Below the pieces are notes generated by a model. It had not been told where the DNA came from. It was given only the letters and a program-made list of their open reading frames with translations, and searched no databases. Of a DNA stretch of 63,310 nucleotides, positions 46,175 to 56,595 are shown in pieces. This DNA comes from an uncultured Anaerolineaceae bacterium. GTDB taxonomy: Bacteria > Chloroflexota > Anaerolineae > Anaerolineales > E44-bin32. The stretch lies in assembly GCA_964385305.1 (NCBI GenBank), contig CAYLOP010000003.1:1-63310 (forward strand). Reading direction: 5' to 3'. The position numbers and the translations under genes were made by a program. The first letter of the stretch is position 1; every line of letters begins with the position of its first letter.

Positions 46175-47548
46175 GTGGCGAAATCAAAGGTTCAATACGT
46201 CTGTCAGCAATGTGGGCGCACGGCAGTCAAGCCTCTCGGGCGCTGCCCACAGTGTGGGGCGTGGAGCAGCATGGTGGCTGAGCCCGTTACGCCTGAAAGA
46301 TCTAGGCATGTGGCAACGGGTATCCGGACGCATTCTAAGCCGCGCAGCCTTATAGAGATTGAAGGCGACAGCGAACGTCGTCTGCCACTAGGGATCGAGG
46401 AATTTGCACGCGTCCTCGGCGGCGGCGTGGTCCCAGGTTCCATTGTCCTCGTAGGGGGAGATCCAGGAATTGGCAAGTCAACTCTCCTTCTCCAGATGGC
46501 TTTGATCATGGCCGAACAAGGGAGGGTCCTTTACGTTTCCGGTGAAGAGTCCGAGCGTCAACTCAAGGCTCGCGTCCTACGACTCAAGGATGGCGGGAAA
46601 ACCCCAGAAGCCCTTTACCTGCTCACCGAGACGAATGGTGAGGCGATCCTTGCTCACTTGAATGCGCTACAACCGGAATTGGTGGTTGTGGACTCCATCC
46701 AAACAATGTACATGCCCGAAATTGACTCCAGCGCTGGCTCGATCTCACAAGTTCGCGAAAGCGCTTCGCGTCTTCAAGTCTACGCAAAGACCGCAGACGT
46801 AGCCGTGTTTTTAGTTGGTCACGTGACAAAGCAGGGTGCCATAGCGGGTCCGAAGGTATTGGAGCATCTTGTAGATACCGTGCTTTATCTTGAAGGCGAC
46901 CCTTACCATGCCTATCGCCTGCTGCGTTCGGTCAAGAATCGCTTCGGTGCGACAACCGAAGTTGGTGTTTTTGAGATGCGGGCGACCGGAATGATCGAGG
47001 TGCCTAATCCATCGGAGGCGTTTCTAGCGGAGCGAGCCGTCAACGCCCCCGGATCGGCAATCGCGGTAACCATGGAGGGAACTCGCCCATTGTTGGTGGA
47101 GGTCCAAGGCCTGACAAGCGCAACCTCCTTTGGCCACCCCCGCCGCACCGCGAACGGCGTTGATTTCAATCGTCTGCTGCTTACCATTGCGGTACTTTCG
47201 CGACGAGTGGGGCTTCGCCTCGGGGATCAAGATGTTTTTGTGAATGTGGTTGGAGGGTTACATGTGAATGAGCCCGCAGCCGATCTTGCGATCGCCGCCG
47301 CAATCGGCTCCTCTATGCGCGATATGGCCTTGCCCGCGGATATGGCTTTTATTGGGGAGATCGGATTGTCGGGTGAACTGAGGGCGGTCCCACAGATGGA
47401 CACTCGCCTGCGCGAGGCGAGCAAGTTGGGTTTCAAGCGGGTTGTTGTTCCCAAGCGCGTGCGGTCTGGTGGGGATCAACCGAAAGATATTGACGTTCAA
47501 TACGCTCGAACCGTGAGGGAGGTATTTTCCACCATTTTCAACCGCTGA
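46175..47548 (+). CDS. radA: DNA repair protein RadA/Sms
   Basis: Zinc finger CQQCG...CPQCG, Walker A GDPGIGKST, KNRFG motif, and a Lon-like C-terminal domain. GTG 46175 gives MAKSKVQYVC (ORF track 46163). TATAAT lies at 46151-46156. Confidence 0.95.
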   Translation: MAKSKVQYVCQQCGRTAVKPLGRCPQCGAWSSMVAEPVTPERSRHVATGIRTHSKPRSLIEIEGDSERRLPLGIEEFARVLGGGVVPGSIVLVGGDPGIGKSTLLLQMALIMAEQGRVLYVSGEESERQLKARVLRLKDGGKTPEALYLLTETNGEAILAHLNALQPELVVVDSIQTMYMPEIDSSAGSISQVRESASRLQVYAKTADVAVFLVGHVTKQGAIAGPKVLEHLVDTVLYLEGDPYHAYRLLRSVKNRFGATTEVGVFEMRATGMIEVPNPSEAFLAERAVNAPGSAIAVTMEGTRPLLVEVQGLTSATSFGHPRRTANGVDFNRLLLTIAVLSRRVGLRLGDQDVFVNVVGGLHVNEPAADLAIAAAIGSSMRDMALPADMAFIGEIGLSGELRAVPQMDTRLREASKLGFKRVVVPKRVRSGGDQPKDIDVQYARTVREVFSTIFNR

Positions 47549-48151
47549 ATCATCTCACCGCGGAAGAATTTGTCCGTGCGCTCCGTATCCAAATAAAGAA
47601 AACAGCCAGGTGATGGTGCGATTGCGTGTTTTTGCGAAACGAAAGCGCGTTTTCGAGCGTTCCGGAGTCGAAGCCCCGATCTCGCAGGGGCATCAAGGTT
47701 TTTAAGATTGAGCATTGCTTAGGTTTGGGATGATTTTCTCGCTTGCGAATCCCCATAGATCTAGGGGGGAGACTGGAGTCAGGACCATAATATGGGCAGC
47801 AGGCGAGAACGCTGTTCGGATGGTTTCAGGCATGAAACAGATGTTGTCCGTTTGATCCTTTAACATATCGATATCTTAAATCTTTCATTGTTTTTAGGTT
47901 GTAGAAGGCTTATCGTATTGAAGATGGCTAAGAGATTTGTTAGAATTCAGCCATCGCGGTTGGTATGCCAGTAAGAGGAGGAGTTCTTCGCCATCGCACT
48001 CCCGACTCTATACAATCCCTAACGCCATGCACGGGGCTGTTGCACCTGCGGCACTTGCGCATTCCACCCGACACTTTGATTCAAGAGATAGCGAAACGAA
48101 AACTCAGTTTTCTGGGTATTAGGCCTACTGCGCCTTTTGGTGGAGGTGAGC

Positions 48152-49495
48152 ATGAACGCAGAGCAACTCTGGCAGGCAACGCTTGGTCAACTTCAATTGG
48201 AAATGCCTCGAGCATCGTTTGAGACATGGGTTCGCGATGCGGAGTTGCTCACCTACGAAGATGGGGAATATATCGTCGGCGTTCAAAATGCCTATACGCG
48301 CGATTGGTTAGAAGATCGCCTACTATCAACAGTCAATCGTGTGATGACCAGCATCCTCGGCCAGACTGTCCGAGTGCGCTTTGTGGTTTGGCAGGGAGAA
48401 GTGTCCGAGGAAATGCAGGAACCCGCGCTGAGAACATTCGAGACACCTGCGCCGCCCACGGTTGGAAATTCGCGGCTGAATGGGCGCTACACGTTTGATA
48501 GTTTTGTCGTGGGGTCTAGCAATCGCCTTGCTCACGCGGCCGCCGTGGCTGTTGCAGAAAGCCCCGCCACCACCTATAACCCACTCTTCCTCCATGGAGG
48601 AGTGGGGCTGGGGAAAACGCATCTTTTGCATGCCGTGGGACAAGCCTGCCAGGAAGCGGGTTTGCATGTTCTGTATGTATCCTCCGAAGAGTTTACCAAT
48701 GATTTAATCAATGCCATCCGCACTCATAAAACGGATGCTTTTCGGGAACGATACCGCCGTATTGAAGTGCTTCTGATCGATGACATCCAATTCATTGCTG
48801 GAAAAGAATCCACACAGGAAGAATTTTTCCACACGTTCAATACACTCCACGGACAGGACAAGCAGATTGTGATCACATCGGATCGATCACCCAAGGCGCT
48901 TGTCACGCTGGAAGAAAGGCTCCGGTCGAGGTTTGAATGGGGCCTGACGGTAGATATCCAACACCCCGATTTTGAAACCCGCCTCGCCATTCTGCGTTCC
49001 AAGGCGGAGCGAGCTGGTCGCGAGGTGGATCCCGCGCTCATGGAGATCGTCGCGCAACGGGTTCAAAGCAATATCCGAGAATTGGAAGGCGCACTGACCA
49101 GAGTGCTGGCGTATTCCGATTTAAGTGGCATTCCGCTGAGTCGGGAACTGGTTGGGACCGCGCTCATTGACCTTAATCCCAACAACGGTGTATTGACTGC
49201 AGATCGCATTATCTCCGCCGTCGCCGAACAGTTCAATGTTGATGAGGATCGACTGCTCAGCCGGGAGCGTTCCAGGCTTGTCGCCTTACCCAGGCAGGTG
49301 GCGATGTACCTTATTCGCAACGAAACCACTGCCTCCTTGCCAAGCATTGGCAAGGCGCTCGGTGGGCGAGATCATACAACGGTCATGTATGGGTGTGAGA
49401 AGGTTGCGGATATGCTGGAAACCGATGACGCGCTGCGGAGACAAGTGTTATTGCTGCGGGAGAGGCTGTATAGTAATTCAGGGGTTCCCTATTAG
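48152..49495 (+). CDS. dnaA: Chromosomal replication initiator DnaA
   Basis: Walker A GGVGLGKTHL, LLIDDIQF, and the C-terminal DNA-binding helix GGRDHTTVMYGCEKV. GGAGGTG lies upstream of ATG 48152. Confidence 0.95.
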   Translation: MNAEQLWQATLGQLQLEMPRASFETWVRDAELLTYEDGEYIVGVQNAYTRDWLEDRLLSTVNRVMTSILGQTVRVRFVVWQGEVSEEMQEPALRTFETPAPPTVGNSRLNGRYTFDSFVVGSSNRLAHAAAVAVAESPATTYNPLFLHGGVGLGKTHLLHAVGQACQEAGLHVLYVSSEEFTNDLINAIRTHKTDAFRERYRRIEVLLIDDIQFIAGKESTQEEFFHTFNTLHGQDKQIVITSDRSPKALVTLEERLRSRFEWGLTVDIQHPDFETRLAILRSKAERAGREVDPALMEIVAQRVQSNIRELEGALTRVLAYSDLSGIPLSRELVGTALIDLNPNNGVLTADRIISAVAEQFNVDEDRLLSRERSRLVALPRQVAMYLIRNETTASLPSIGKALGGRDHTTVMYGCEKVADMLETDDALRRQVLLLRERLYSNSGVPY

Positions 49496-49633
49496 GATTC
49501 GTTTGAACGACGGGAGATACATTATTTAACTCTGGGGCGATATTAAATCGTAACCTGCTCCTTTACAGGGATATGCAAAAGGCAGCACAAGCACTCTGGA
49601 CGAATTCATTTACCTGGGCTGCTCACTAGGAAA

Positions 49634-49668
49634 CAAATGCGCAGGCGCAAGCGCCGCATTTTTCTTGT
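49634..49668 (+). terminator. Possible weak intrinsic terminator after dnaA
   Basis: Imperfect GC hairpin TGC..GGCG / CGCC.GCA around 49637-49657, followed by TTTTTCTTGTT. Confidence 0.35.
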
Positions 49669-49696
49669 TGCGTGTGAATGATGGTTTTGAATGTTT

Positions 49697-50536
49697 TCAG
49701 ACCTTGTATGCGATCAGACCAATGACGCCTGGCCCACCGTGCACGGCGAGGGATGCGACGAGGTCGTGAGATAAGATTCGCTTACAGTTGAACCTTCGAT
49801 TCACTGCGTCCAAGAGTGCGCGACCCTCGTCAGGAACCCGTGCATGCACAACCGCGGCATTAATAGGGTTTTTCGTCCCAACCAATTCCTCGGTACGTTC
49901 AAGCAATCGTTCAAGCGCTTTGCTACGTGTCCTGACATTTTGTATGGCTTCCAGGGTGCCGTCTTTTATGGCGATGATCGGTTTGAGATCGAGCAGCGAT
50001 CCGAGCGCGCTTTGCAGACGCCCCACACGGCCACTCATCTGGAGATATTTCAAAGTGGCTGGCGTGAGTGTGACGTGAAGCCGGGTGCGAATGTCCTCTA
50101 AACGCTGGAGGATCATCGCGCGTAGCTTCCCGGCTTGAATAGCCTCGGCGGCCTCTAGAACCATCCACCCAGTCCCCAGCGATACGCTGAGCGAATCCAC
50201 CACCACGACATCCGCTTCAGGAACCATCTGCTTCCCTAACATCGCGGAGTTGTAGGTTCCACTGTGCTTGCTGGTCACTGTGATGACAATGATGGAATGA
50301 CCTTGATCGGTGAGTTCGCGATAGTGTTTCGCAAACCAGGCGGGGGTGGGTTGAGATGATGTGGGTATCATGCCAAGTTGCTCGATCTTGCGATAGAAAA
50401 GCTCACGATCGATATCGATGCCTTCTTCGTAGGTTTCGTTTCCGAATTGGATGGCTACGGGGGCAATGCGGATATCATGCTCGGCGAGGATATCCTCTGG
50501 CAAATTGCAGGTACTGTCAGCTATGATTTTTATCAT
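49697..50536 (-). CDS. DegV-family fatty-acid-binding protein
   Basis: MIKIIADSTCNLPEDIL N-terminus. GAGGGAGGG sits just upstream of ATG 50536 (ORF track 50626). Confidence 0.85.
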   Translation of the reverse strand: MIKIIADSTCNLPEDILAEHDIRIAPVAIQFGNETYEEGIDIDRELFYRKIEQLGMIPTSSQPTPAWFAKHYRELTDQGHSIIVITVTSKHSGTYNSAMLGKQMVPEADVVVVDSLSVSLGTGWMVLEAAEAIQAGKLRAMILQRLEDIRTRLHVTLTPATLKYLQMSGRVGRLQSALGSLLDLKPIIAIKDGTLEAIQNVRTRSKALERLLERTEELVGTKNPINAAVVHARVPDEGRALLDAVNRRFNCKRILSHDLVASLAVHGGPGVIGLIAYKV

Positions 50537-50892
50537 CCGTCCCTCCCTCACGATGGTGAAGATGCTTTGGAACACAAGTTTCCGGAGACGCGACCCATCT
50601 CCATCACTACCAAGAATTGGGTTCATCTAGCTTGAAAGAATAATGATAAGAGCTTTGGCGCGCTCAACACATGACGATCGGATTGGGCGAGGGAAAAGTA
50701 TGGTTTGGACGAGCGTCTGTATTGCTTAATATTAGGACAAAACAGTCCGGATCGCAACGATCCGTAATGAGTTCGACAGCTAATGGAAGCTAATTGAGAG
50801 ATAGAACATGAGAAACCGGGGCAATTGCGATGGGGGAGAAAATCCTGTGCGGTCCTGTCAAGATGATTTTTAGGATACCCGGCGATTGTGTC

Positions 50893-51357
50893 TCACCGAG
50901 CGGCTTGAAAAGGTGCATTCCAACTTGGTGACTTGTGGACATGGACGACCTTCCAGCCCTCGTCGAAACGAATGATCACACGGCTTTCGTTATAACTAAT
51001 AACCTTGACCCCTTCTGCAGTGCCCTTTGAGATAAGTAGCGTGTAGGAGCAGATTGCAGTGTCGCCATACCGTTGTTCGTGGTAGTTGGCGAGATCGAAT
51101 CGCACACGTGCCTTTTCTTCTGGAAGGCCGTTTGGGGGATTGGGATCGAGAGCCATCCCTGCCGTATCGTCGCGTTGTGATTCGGCCATCATGAAGTCGT
51201 GAAAAGGAAGTCCGTCGATGAGGTGGGGTGTGATGTACCATTCATAAAGGGTTAGATCGGAGGCGGAGGTCGTGTGGTAGGCATCGACATTATTGTTAAA
51301 AATGCTTTGAAGGTGTTCCTCAAGGAAAGCGCGAATCTCCGACATGTGAACCTCCAT
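50893..51357 (-). CDS. NTF2-like (SnoaL/DUF4440-type) small protein
   Basis: About 150 aa. The C-terminal ESRVIIRFDEGWKVVHVHKS is typical of NTF2-fold proteins. Confidence 0.55.
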   Translation of the reverse strand: MEVHMSEIRAFLEEHLQSIFNNNVDAYHTTSASDLTLYEWYITPHLIDGLPFHDFMMAESQRDDTAGMALDPNPPNGLPEEKARVRFDLANYHEQRYGDTAICSYTLLISKGTAEGVKVISYNESRVIIRFDEGWKVVHVHKSPSWNAPFQAAR

Positions 51358-51503
51358 GATGTGGGCGTAATTTGATCTCAGGCTGACCAGTCTTATTTCT
51401 CTCAGGCAAGCGCATGTGTCTTCTCACCACGTTTCCGTTGAGCCAGGCGTTTTTGCTCAACAGCGAAGTGCTATTTACGCATGATGGAACGGACGTCTGA
51501 ACC

Positions 51504-54005
51504 TCACAGCAAGGTAACCGGATCGACATCGATGAACCACCCCTCAGGCAAATCCTCGGGGATAACGAGTGTGGGGTCCTTCGCCCGGATCACAATGTGC
51601 CAGCGGAACAGTCCGCGGATGCGTTTGTAAAAGCAAGGGGATGGCCCGATGAGATCAGCGATGACCTCGCCCGAGGTGATCCGCTCTCCCACGCGCGCGG
51701 CCATGCGCTTTGCTTCCTCAGCCGCGAATTTGGAAGAGCTATGGCGAAACACCAGCCGCGCGAGGCGCCGGTAGGGTGGGTAGCCAAGCTGTTTCCGATG
51801 ATATAGTTCCTGCTCATAGAAGGCCATATAGTCGTGTTCTGACGCGGCTTGAATCGCATAGTGATCGGGCTGGTAGGTCTGTAAGATCACGCGCCCGCCG
51901 AGTAAACCTCTCCCGGCCCGGCCGGCGACTTGCGTGAGAATCTGAAAGGTTCGTTCAGCAGCTTGGTACTCGGGCAAGTTCAAGCCGACGTCTGCCGAGA
52001 TCACACCGACCAGTGTGACGAGCGGAAGGTCGAGGCCCTTCGCCAGCATCTGCGTCCCGATGAGCACATCCGCCTGGTGGGATGCAAATTGGGAGAGGAT
52101 GACATCATGGGACCCTTTTCCTCGTGTGACGTCACGGTCCCATCTCAGCGTTCGAAGGTTGGGATAGTTTCGCTCTAATTCGGTTTGCACACGTTGCGTG
52201 CCCGTGCCGAAATGCTTTATGCGCGTGCCCTTGCACCTTGGACAGTTGGTTGGCGGCTGGCGTGTGTAGCCGCAGTGATGGCACATGAGATGTGCCTGCG
52301 CGCTGTGATAGGTGAGGGGGATCTCGCAACGCGGGCACCGGACCACCCAGCCGCAATCGCGACAAAAAACATACGTAGATGTGCCTCGGCGATTCAAGAA
52401 CAGTATAGCTTGTTGATTCTTTGAAAATGTCTCGCCCAGGGCTTTTCGGAGCGCACGGCTGAAAATAGAGCGGTTACCGGAGCGCAATTCCTGGCGCATG
52501 TCCACGATTCGCACGGGGGGTAGATCGATGTAACTGGCGGACCCTTCAGAAGGCTGGTAGCGCGAGGTCAGGCCGAAGTGTTCTGCCTGGCGGCTTATCT
52601 TGGTGTGGTGACTTAAGATGCGGTTGGGTAGGGTGAGAAGGTCGAACTCTCCTTGTTCAGCCCGGTAGCGAGTGCTTATCTCGGGTGTAGCACTGCCTAA
52701 GATGCATGCCGCTGGAAGCATGCGCGCGTAAGCCAGCGCTGCCTCGCGGGCGTGGTAGCGCGGGCTGCGTCCCTGTTCCTTGTAGGAGGTATCGTGAGAT
52801 TCGTCGAGGACGATCAGGCCAATGTCAGGAAGGGGCGCGAAGAGGCCGCTGCGTGCGCCCACGATGACGCGTAGTTTGCCCTCACGGCAACGGCGCCATG
52901 TGTCGTAACGTTCGCCATCTGAAAGCTGAGAATGAATCAAGCCGACCTGTTCTGGGAACCTGGCCATAAAGCGGCGTACGGTTTGAGGCGTAAGGGCTAT
53001 TTCGGGAACAAGCACAATGGCGCTGCGACCGAGTGTGAGTGTCTCGTGGACAGCACGAAGGTAAATCTCGGTCTTGCCGGATCCGGTGACACCGTGGATG
53101 AGGATGGGGCGCGGGCCTCGATGGGGCACGTTGTGAACCGCTTCTCGAACCCTTGACCAGACGGCTTTCTGATCGGAGGTGAGTGATGGGGCCTCGGTGG
53201 GGATGAAATCCACGTCCGACAGGGGGTCGCGCCACACCTCGGCTTCGGGCAGTGCAATAAGCCCACGATCTTCAAGGTAGCGAAGATCGACCGGGGTTGC
53301 GCCACACTCGGCGTAGAGCCATGTTGCTTCGATCGGCTCACCCTCCTCGATGAGCATCTCTAATACAGCCTTGCGTCGATCGGCGGCTTTCATCCCTGGC
53401 CTGCCGAGATCATCAAACATGGTCACAGCCTCTTCTGGGGTAACAGCCAATTGGGCTGTACGCACATGCCTGGGTTGCGCGCGCGATTCCGCCAGGATAG
53501 GTTTGCGTTCGATGGCGCCTTGCCTTACGAGCCGATCCGCGGCACGGCGCCAATTGAGGCGAGAGAGCGAACGCGCGATTTGACGTCCACGTAGGGGACC
53601 CCGTCGCGCAAGCAGTGCGACCAGTCGCTCGTCAGCAGGTGAGGTTGTATGTGTGTCTGAGTCGACAAGTGTATAAAGTGAATCCGCCTTCTGGCTGAGC
53701 CCGGGTGGAAGCATCAGGGTAAGACAGTCGATCAGAGGCGAGAGCGTTTGAAGTTGGAGCCAGTGTGCTAATTCGAGTTGATGGGGAGTCAGTACGGGGT
53801 CTGGATCGATAAGGTCCTCGATGGCGCGCGTCTCGGGGACCTCGGGTTTTTTCGAAGTGTCGATGACCACGCCCTGGACGCGCTGTTTTCCAAATGGAAC
53901 TGTGATGAGATGGCCGGGTCCGACATGGCCGCGCAGGGAAGGGGGCAGGTGATAATCGAAGGTACCGCGTATGGAAGGGAGATTGACCGCCACCTTTACG
54001 AACAT
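51504..54005 (-). CDS. priA: Primosomal protein N' (replication restart helicase PriA)
   Basis: Walker A GVTGSGKTE, VLDESHD box, and the Cys-rich insertion CRDCGWVVRCPRCEIPLTYH...CHHCGY...CPRCKG. Confidence 0.95.
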   Translation of the reverse strand: MFVKVAVNLPSIRGTFDYHLPPSLRGHVGPGHLITVPFGKQRVQGVVIDTSKKPEVPETRAIEDLIDPDPVLTPHQLELAHWLQLQTLSPLIDCLTLMLPPGLSQKADSLYTLVDSDTHTTSPADERLVALLARRGPLRGRQIARSLSRLNWRRAADRLVRQGAIERKPILAESRAQPRHVRTAQLAVTPEEAVTMFDDLGRPGMKAADRRKAVLEMLIEEGEPIEATWLYAECGATPVDLRYLEDRGLIALPEAEVWRDPLSDVDFIPTEAPSLTSDQKAVWSRVREAVHNVPHRGPRPILIHGVTGSGKTEIYLRAVHETLTLGRSAIVLVPEIALTPQTVRRFMARFPEQVGLIHSQLSDGERYDTWRRCREGKLRVIVGARSGLFAPLPDIGLIVLDESHDTSYKEQGRSPRYHAREAALAYARMLPAACILGSATPEISTRYRAEQGEFDLLTLPNRILSHHTKISRQAEHFGLTSRYQPSEGSASYIDLPPVRIVDMRQELRSGNRSIFSRALRKALGETFSKNQQAILFLNRRGTSTYVFCRDCGWVVRCPRCEIPLTYHSAQAHLMCHHCGYTRQPPTNCPRCKGTRIKHFGTGTQRVQTELERNYPNLRTLRWDRDVTRGKGSHDVILSQFASHQADVLIGTQMLAKGLDLPLVTLVGVISADVGLNLPEYQAAERTFQILTQVAGRAGRGLLGGRVILQTYQPDHYAIQAASEHDYMAFYEQELYHRKQLGYPPYRRLARLVFRHSSSKFAAEEAKRMAARVGERITSGEVIADLIGPSPCFYKRIRGLFRWHIVIRAKDPTLVIPEDLPEGWFIDVDPVTLL

Positions 54006-54010
54006 AGAAT

Positions 54011-55366
54011 CTAGACTTCGTCCGTTTTCCCCGAAGGCGTTTGGCCGCCCGCCTTTTTGGCCGGGGATAGAGAGAGGCGGGCAATGCGCAGGCCGTCCAT
54101 GGCTTCAACACGCAGGCGCACTCCGCCCACGACCACGGTGTCGCCGATGCGCGCAAGGCGACCGAGGCGGCCCAGGACGTACCCAGCGATTGTGTCGTAG
54201 TAGGGATCTTGCAGTTTGAGATTAAAGTGCTCATTGAAATCATCGATGGGCATGAGGCCGTCGATCGAGGATGTTCCATCGTCCATGGGCATGATTTCGG
54301 GCTCGGTTGCAAAGGGGTCGCCAACCTCGCCGACGATTTCTTCTAGCAAATCCTCCAGGGTCACCACGCCAGCTGTCCCGCCATACTCGTCCAACACCAT
54401 CGCGATGTGCTGCTGCCGGGCGCGGAATAGATTCAGAAGCGCGCCGATGCGTGCCGTTTCAGGGATGAAAATCGTGTCGCGCATGATCTCACGGGCGAAT
54501 TTTACATCCTTCTGGTCGCCGTGCAGTGCATTGAGTAGATCGTTTAGGTGGATGACGCCGAGAATTTGATCGAGGCTTTCCCCGTAGACTGGGATCTTGG
54601 TGAAAGGGTGTTCGAGAGCGGTTTGGAGGACCATTTCGAGAGTAGCCTCGGCTGGGACAGCGATCATTTCGGTCCGTGGGACCATGACCAGGCGCACCAG
54701 GGTGTCGCTGAAGTCGAAGACAGCATACACCATCTCTTCAGCCGCATCTCCCATAATACCGCTGCCCGCGCTGGCGCTGACAAGCATCTTGAGTTCCTCA
54801 ACGGAGTGGACCAATTCATGGCCGGAAGCAGGGTCCATCTTCAGCAAACGTAGGAGTGAGTTGCCGGCGCCGTTGAGCAGCCAGATGGCGGGTCTGAAGA
54901 TCCATTCAATCCAAACGGTGGGGCGGGCAACGGTGAGAGCCGTGCGCTCTGAATGTTGAAGGGCAATCGATTTGGGCGCGAGCTCTCCTATCACGACGTG
55001 GAGAAATGTGATCACAGCGAAAGCTAGGGTGGCGGATAGGCTGTGGGAAACCTCGCTCTCGATGGCTTTGGGAAATAAGTTGATGATTGGCAGGAGGAGA
55101 TTGCTGAGCGCAGGCTCACCGATCCATCCTAGACCAAGGCTGGCGAGTGTGATTCCAAGCTGGGTCGCCGCGATGAAACGATCTGGATCGTGGATGGCGC
55201 GCTGCACCCACAGTGCGGAGGTCACACCTTGCGATTCCAATTCGGTGATCCGGGTTCGTCTGACACTGACCAACGCGAATTCCGCTGCGACAAAGAAGCC
55301 ATTGGCCAATACAAGCAACAAGACAGCCCCTAGCCTAAGAACATCAAGCCAAATCGACGTTTCCAT
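54011..55366 (-). CDS. CNNM/HlyC-family membrane protein (DUF21 TM domain, CBS pair, CorC_HlyC)
   Basis: N-terminal four TM segments (FFVAAEFALVSVRR), tandem CBS region, and the C-terminal CorC pattern IDGLMPIDDFNEHF...GYVLGRLGRLARIGD. Confidence 0.9.
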   Translation of the reverse strand: METSIWLDVLRLGAVLLLVLANGFFVAAEFALVSVRRTRITELESQGVTSALWVQRAIHDPDRFIAATQLGITLASLGLGWIGEPALSNLLLPIINLFPKAIESEVSHSLSATLAFAVITFLHVVIGELAPKSIALQHSERTALTVARPTVWIEWIFRPAIWLLNGAGNSLLRLLKMDPASGHELVHSVEELKMLVSASAGSGIMGDAAEEMVYAVFDFSDTLVRLVMVPRTEMIAVPAEATLEMVLQTALEHPFTKIPVYGESLDQILGVIHLNDLLNALHGDQKDVKFAREIMRDTIFIPETARIGALLNLFRARQQHIAMVLDEYGGTAGVVTLEDLLEEIVGEVGDPFATEPEIMPMDDGTSSIDGLMPIDDFNEHFNLKLQDPYYDTIAGYVLGRLGRLARIGDTVVVGGVRLRVEAMDGLRIARLSLSPAKKAGGQTPSGKTDEV

Positions 55367-55431
55367 ACATTACTCGATTCGAAAGATGTGTTCCAAGCAC
55401 ATCGTGGAGTTCAATCATGTGAGCGAAGAAT

Positions 55432-56277
55432 TTAATCCTGTGCCTGACGGTAGATCGCTGCCGCACCGTATCCGACGACGGAATTGTAATCTGCGGTGAT
55501 ATCTCCGGATGTCGCGTAATGAAGCACTTTGACGCGGTCTGCGCCGAGATCTTGAGCAGCCCAAAGCACAGCCGCAAGCGCCCCACGACCACAGGCAAAG
55601 CCCACCCCCTCCTGCTCTGCAGAGAGCACACCTGAAGGGTCGAATGCCTCAAGGCGTGCGAGGATCTCTCCATCTAGGCGTTGAGCAATGGCTTGTGGAT
55701 AAAAATGAGATAAATCCGAACTGGCGATAAGAACTGCGTTCTGGCCCTCCAGCGTCGCGCCTAGGGCATGACCAACGGCTTTTACCGTTTTTTCTGATTG
55801 ATCGGGCAGCATCAGTGGAAGAAAGCGAAAAGGCTTTTTCAGGGTTCTCTGCAGGAAAGGCAACTCTATTTCAAGAGAGTGTTCTCTATCTTCACGGATA
55901 CGTTTTAACTCGGGACCACCGGCTTGGAGAAGCTCTTGTTCAAAGCCGATCAATAGCGTCTTATCAACGGGCAGTATTCCAAGCGGCGTTTCATAAGCCT
56001 CGTGGTCGGTGGAGAGAACGCTGGCGGGATGCGGAAAATGCAGGGGAGACACGATCACCACGATGTCGGGCTCCAAGTCTTGGAGACACCGGAACGCATG
56101 CGCTGCAACTTGGCCCGAATAGCGATGCCCGGCATGGGGTGTGATGATGCCGATCACCTTGCCGGCGCTCTCTTGTTTGGGGCAGTTCTGTAAATATCGA
56201 TCAATGGATTGTGCGAGCGTTTCCCGATCCCCGGGATACCATGTCCCAGCGATTGAGGAAGGGCGAGTGTCTAGCAT
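55432..56277 (-). CDS. MEMO1-family protein (AmmeMemoRadiSam system protein B type)
   Basis: PSSIAGTWYPGD and GIITPHAGHRYSG motifs. ATG 56277 (MLDTRPS) preferred over 56355. Confidence 0.85.
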   Translation of the reverse strand: MLDTRPSSIAGTWYPGDRETLAQSIDRYLQNCPKQESAGKVIGIITPHAGHRYSGQVAAHAFRCLQDLEPDIVVIVSPLHFPHPASVLSTDHEAYETPLGILPVDKTLLIGFEQELLQAGGPELKRIREDREHSLEIELPFLQRTLKKPFRFLPLMLPDQSEKTVKAVGHALGATLEGQNAVLIASSDLSHFYPQAIAQRLDGEILARLEAFDPSGVLSAEQEGVGFACGRGALAAVLWAAQDLGADRVKVLHYATSGDITADYNSVVGYGAAAIYRQAQD

Positions 56278-56519
56278 CGTAATCCTATGCACCTCTATCT
56301 TGGATTGTAGCACAGGAGCGATCAGATGAAATGGTTGAAAGGCAATTTGCCACACGCTTCTCTGCAGACTGGGGGTTACAAGGCAATGTTCGATATTGTC
56401 ATCCCGTCCGCTGTCGAACTAAGCATTATTTAAGTGTGTTGTGATACTCGACGGTATAGAACGATAAGAGGCTTATTGCTCAAGTATACGCCAGCGCAAG
56501 TGTGATCCTTGAAAGGGAC

Positions 56520-56547
56520 TTGACAACAGAACGTATGTTCGTATAAA
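56520..56547 (+). promoter_or_regulatory. Near-consensus sigma-70 promoter
   Basis: TTGACA (56520-56525), 16-nt spacer, TATAAA (56542-56547). Confidence 0.65.
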
Positions 56548-56562
56548 ATAGAACAAGCGTTC
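56529..56562 (+). promoter_or_regulatory. Two tandem LexA-type (Cheo box) operators
   Basis: GAACGTATGTTC (56529-56540) and GAACAAGCGTTC (56551-56562) are both perfect GAAC-N4-GTTC palindromes. One lies in the promoter spacer and the other over the predicted start site. Confidence 0.7.
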
Positions 56563-56595
56563 TATATAAGATGATGGCAAGGAGGTGGATGAACA

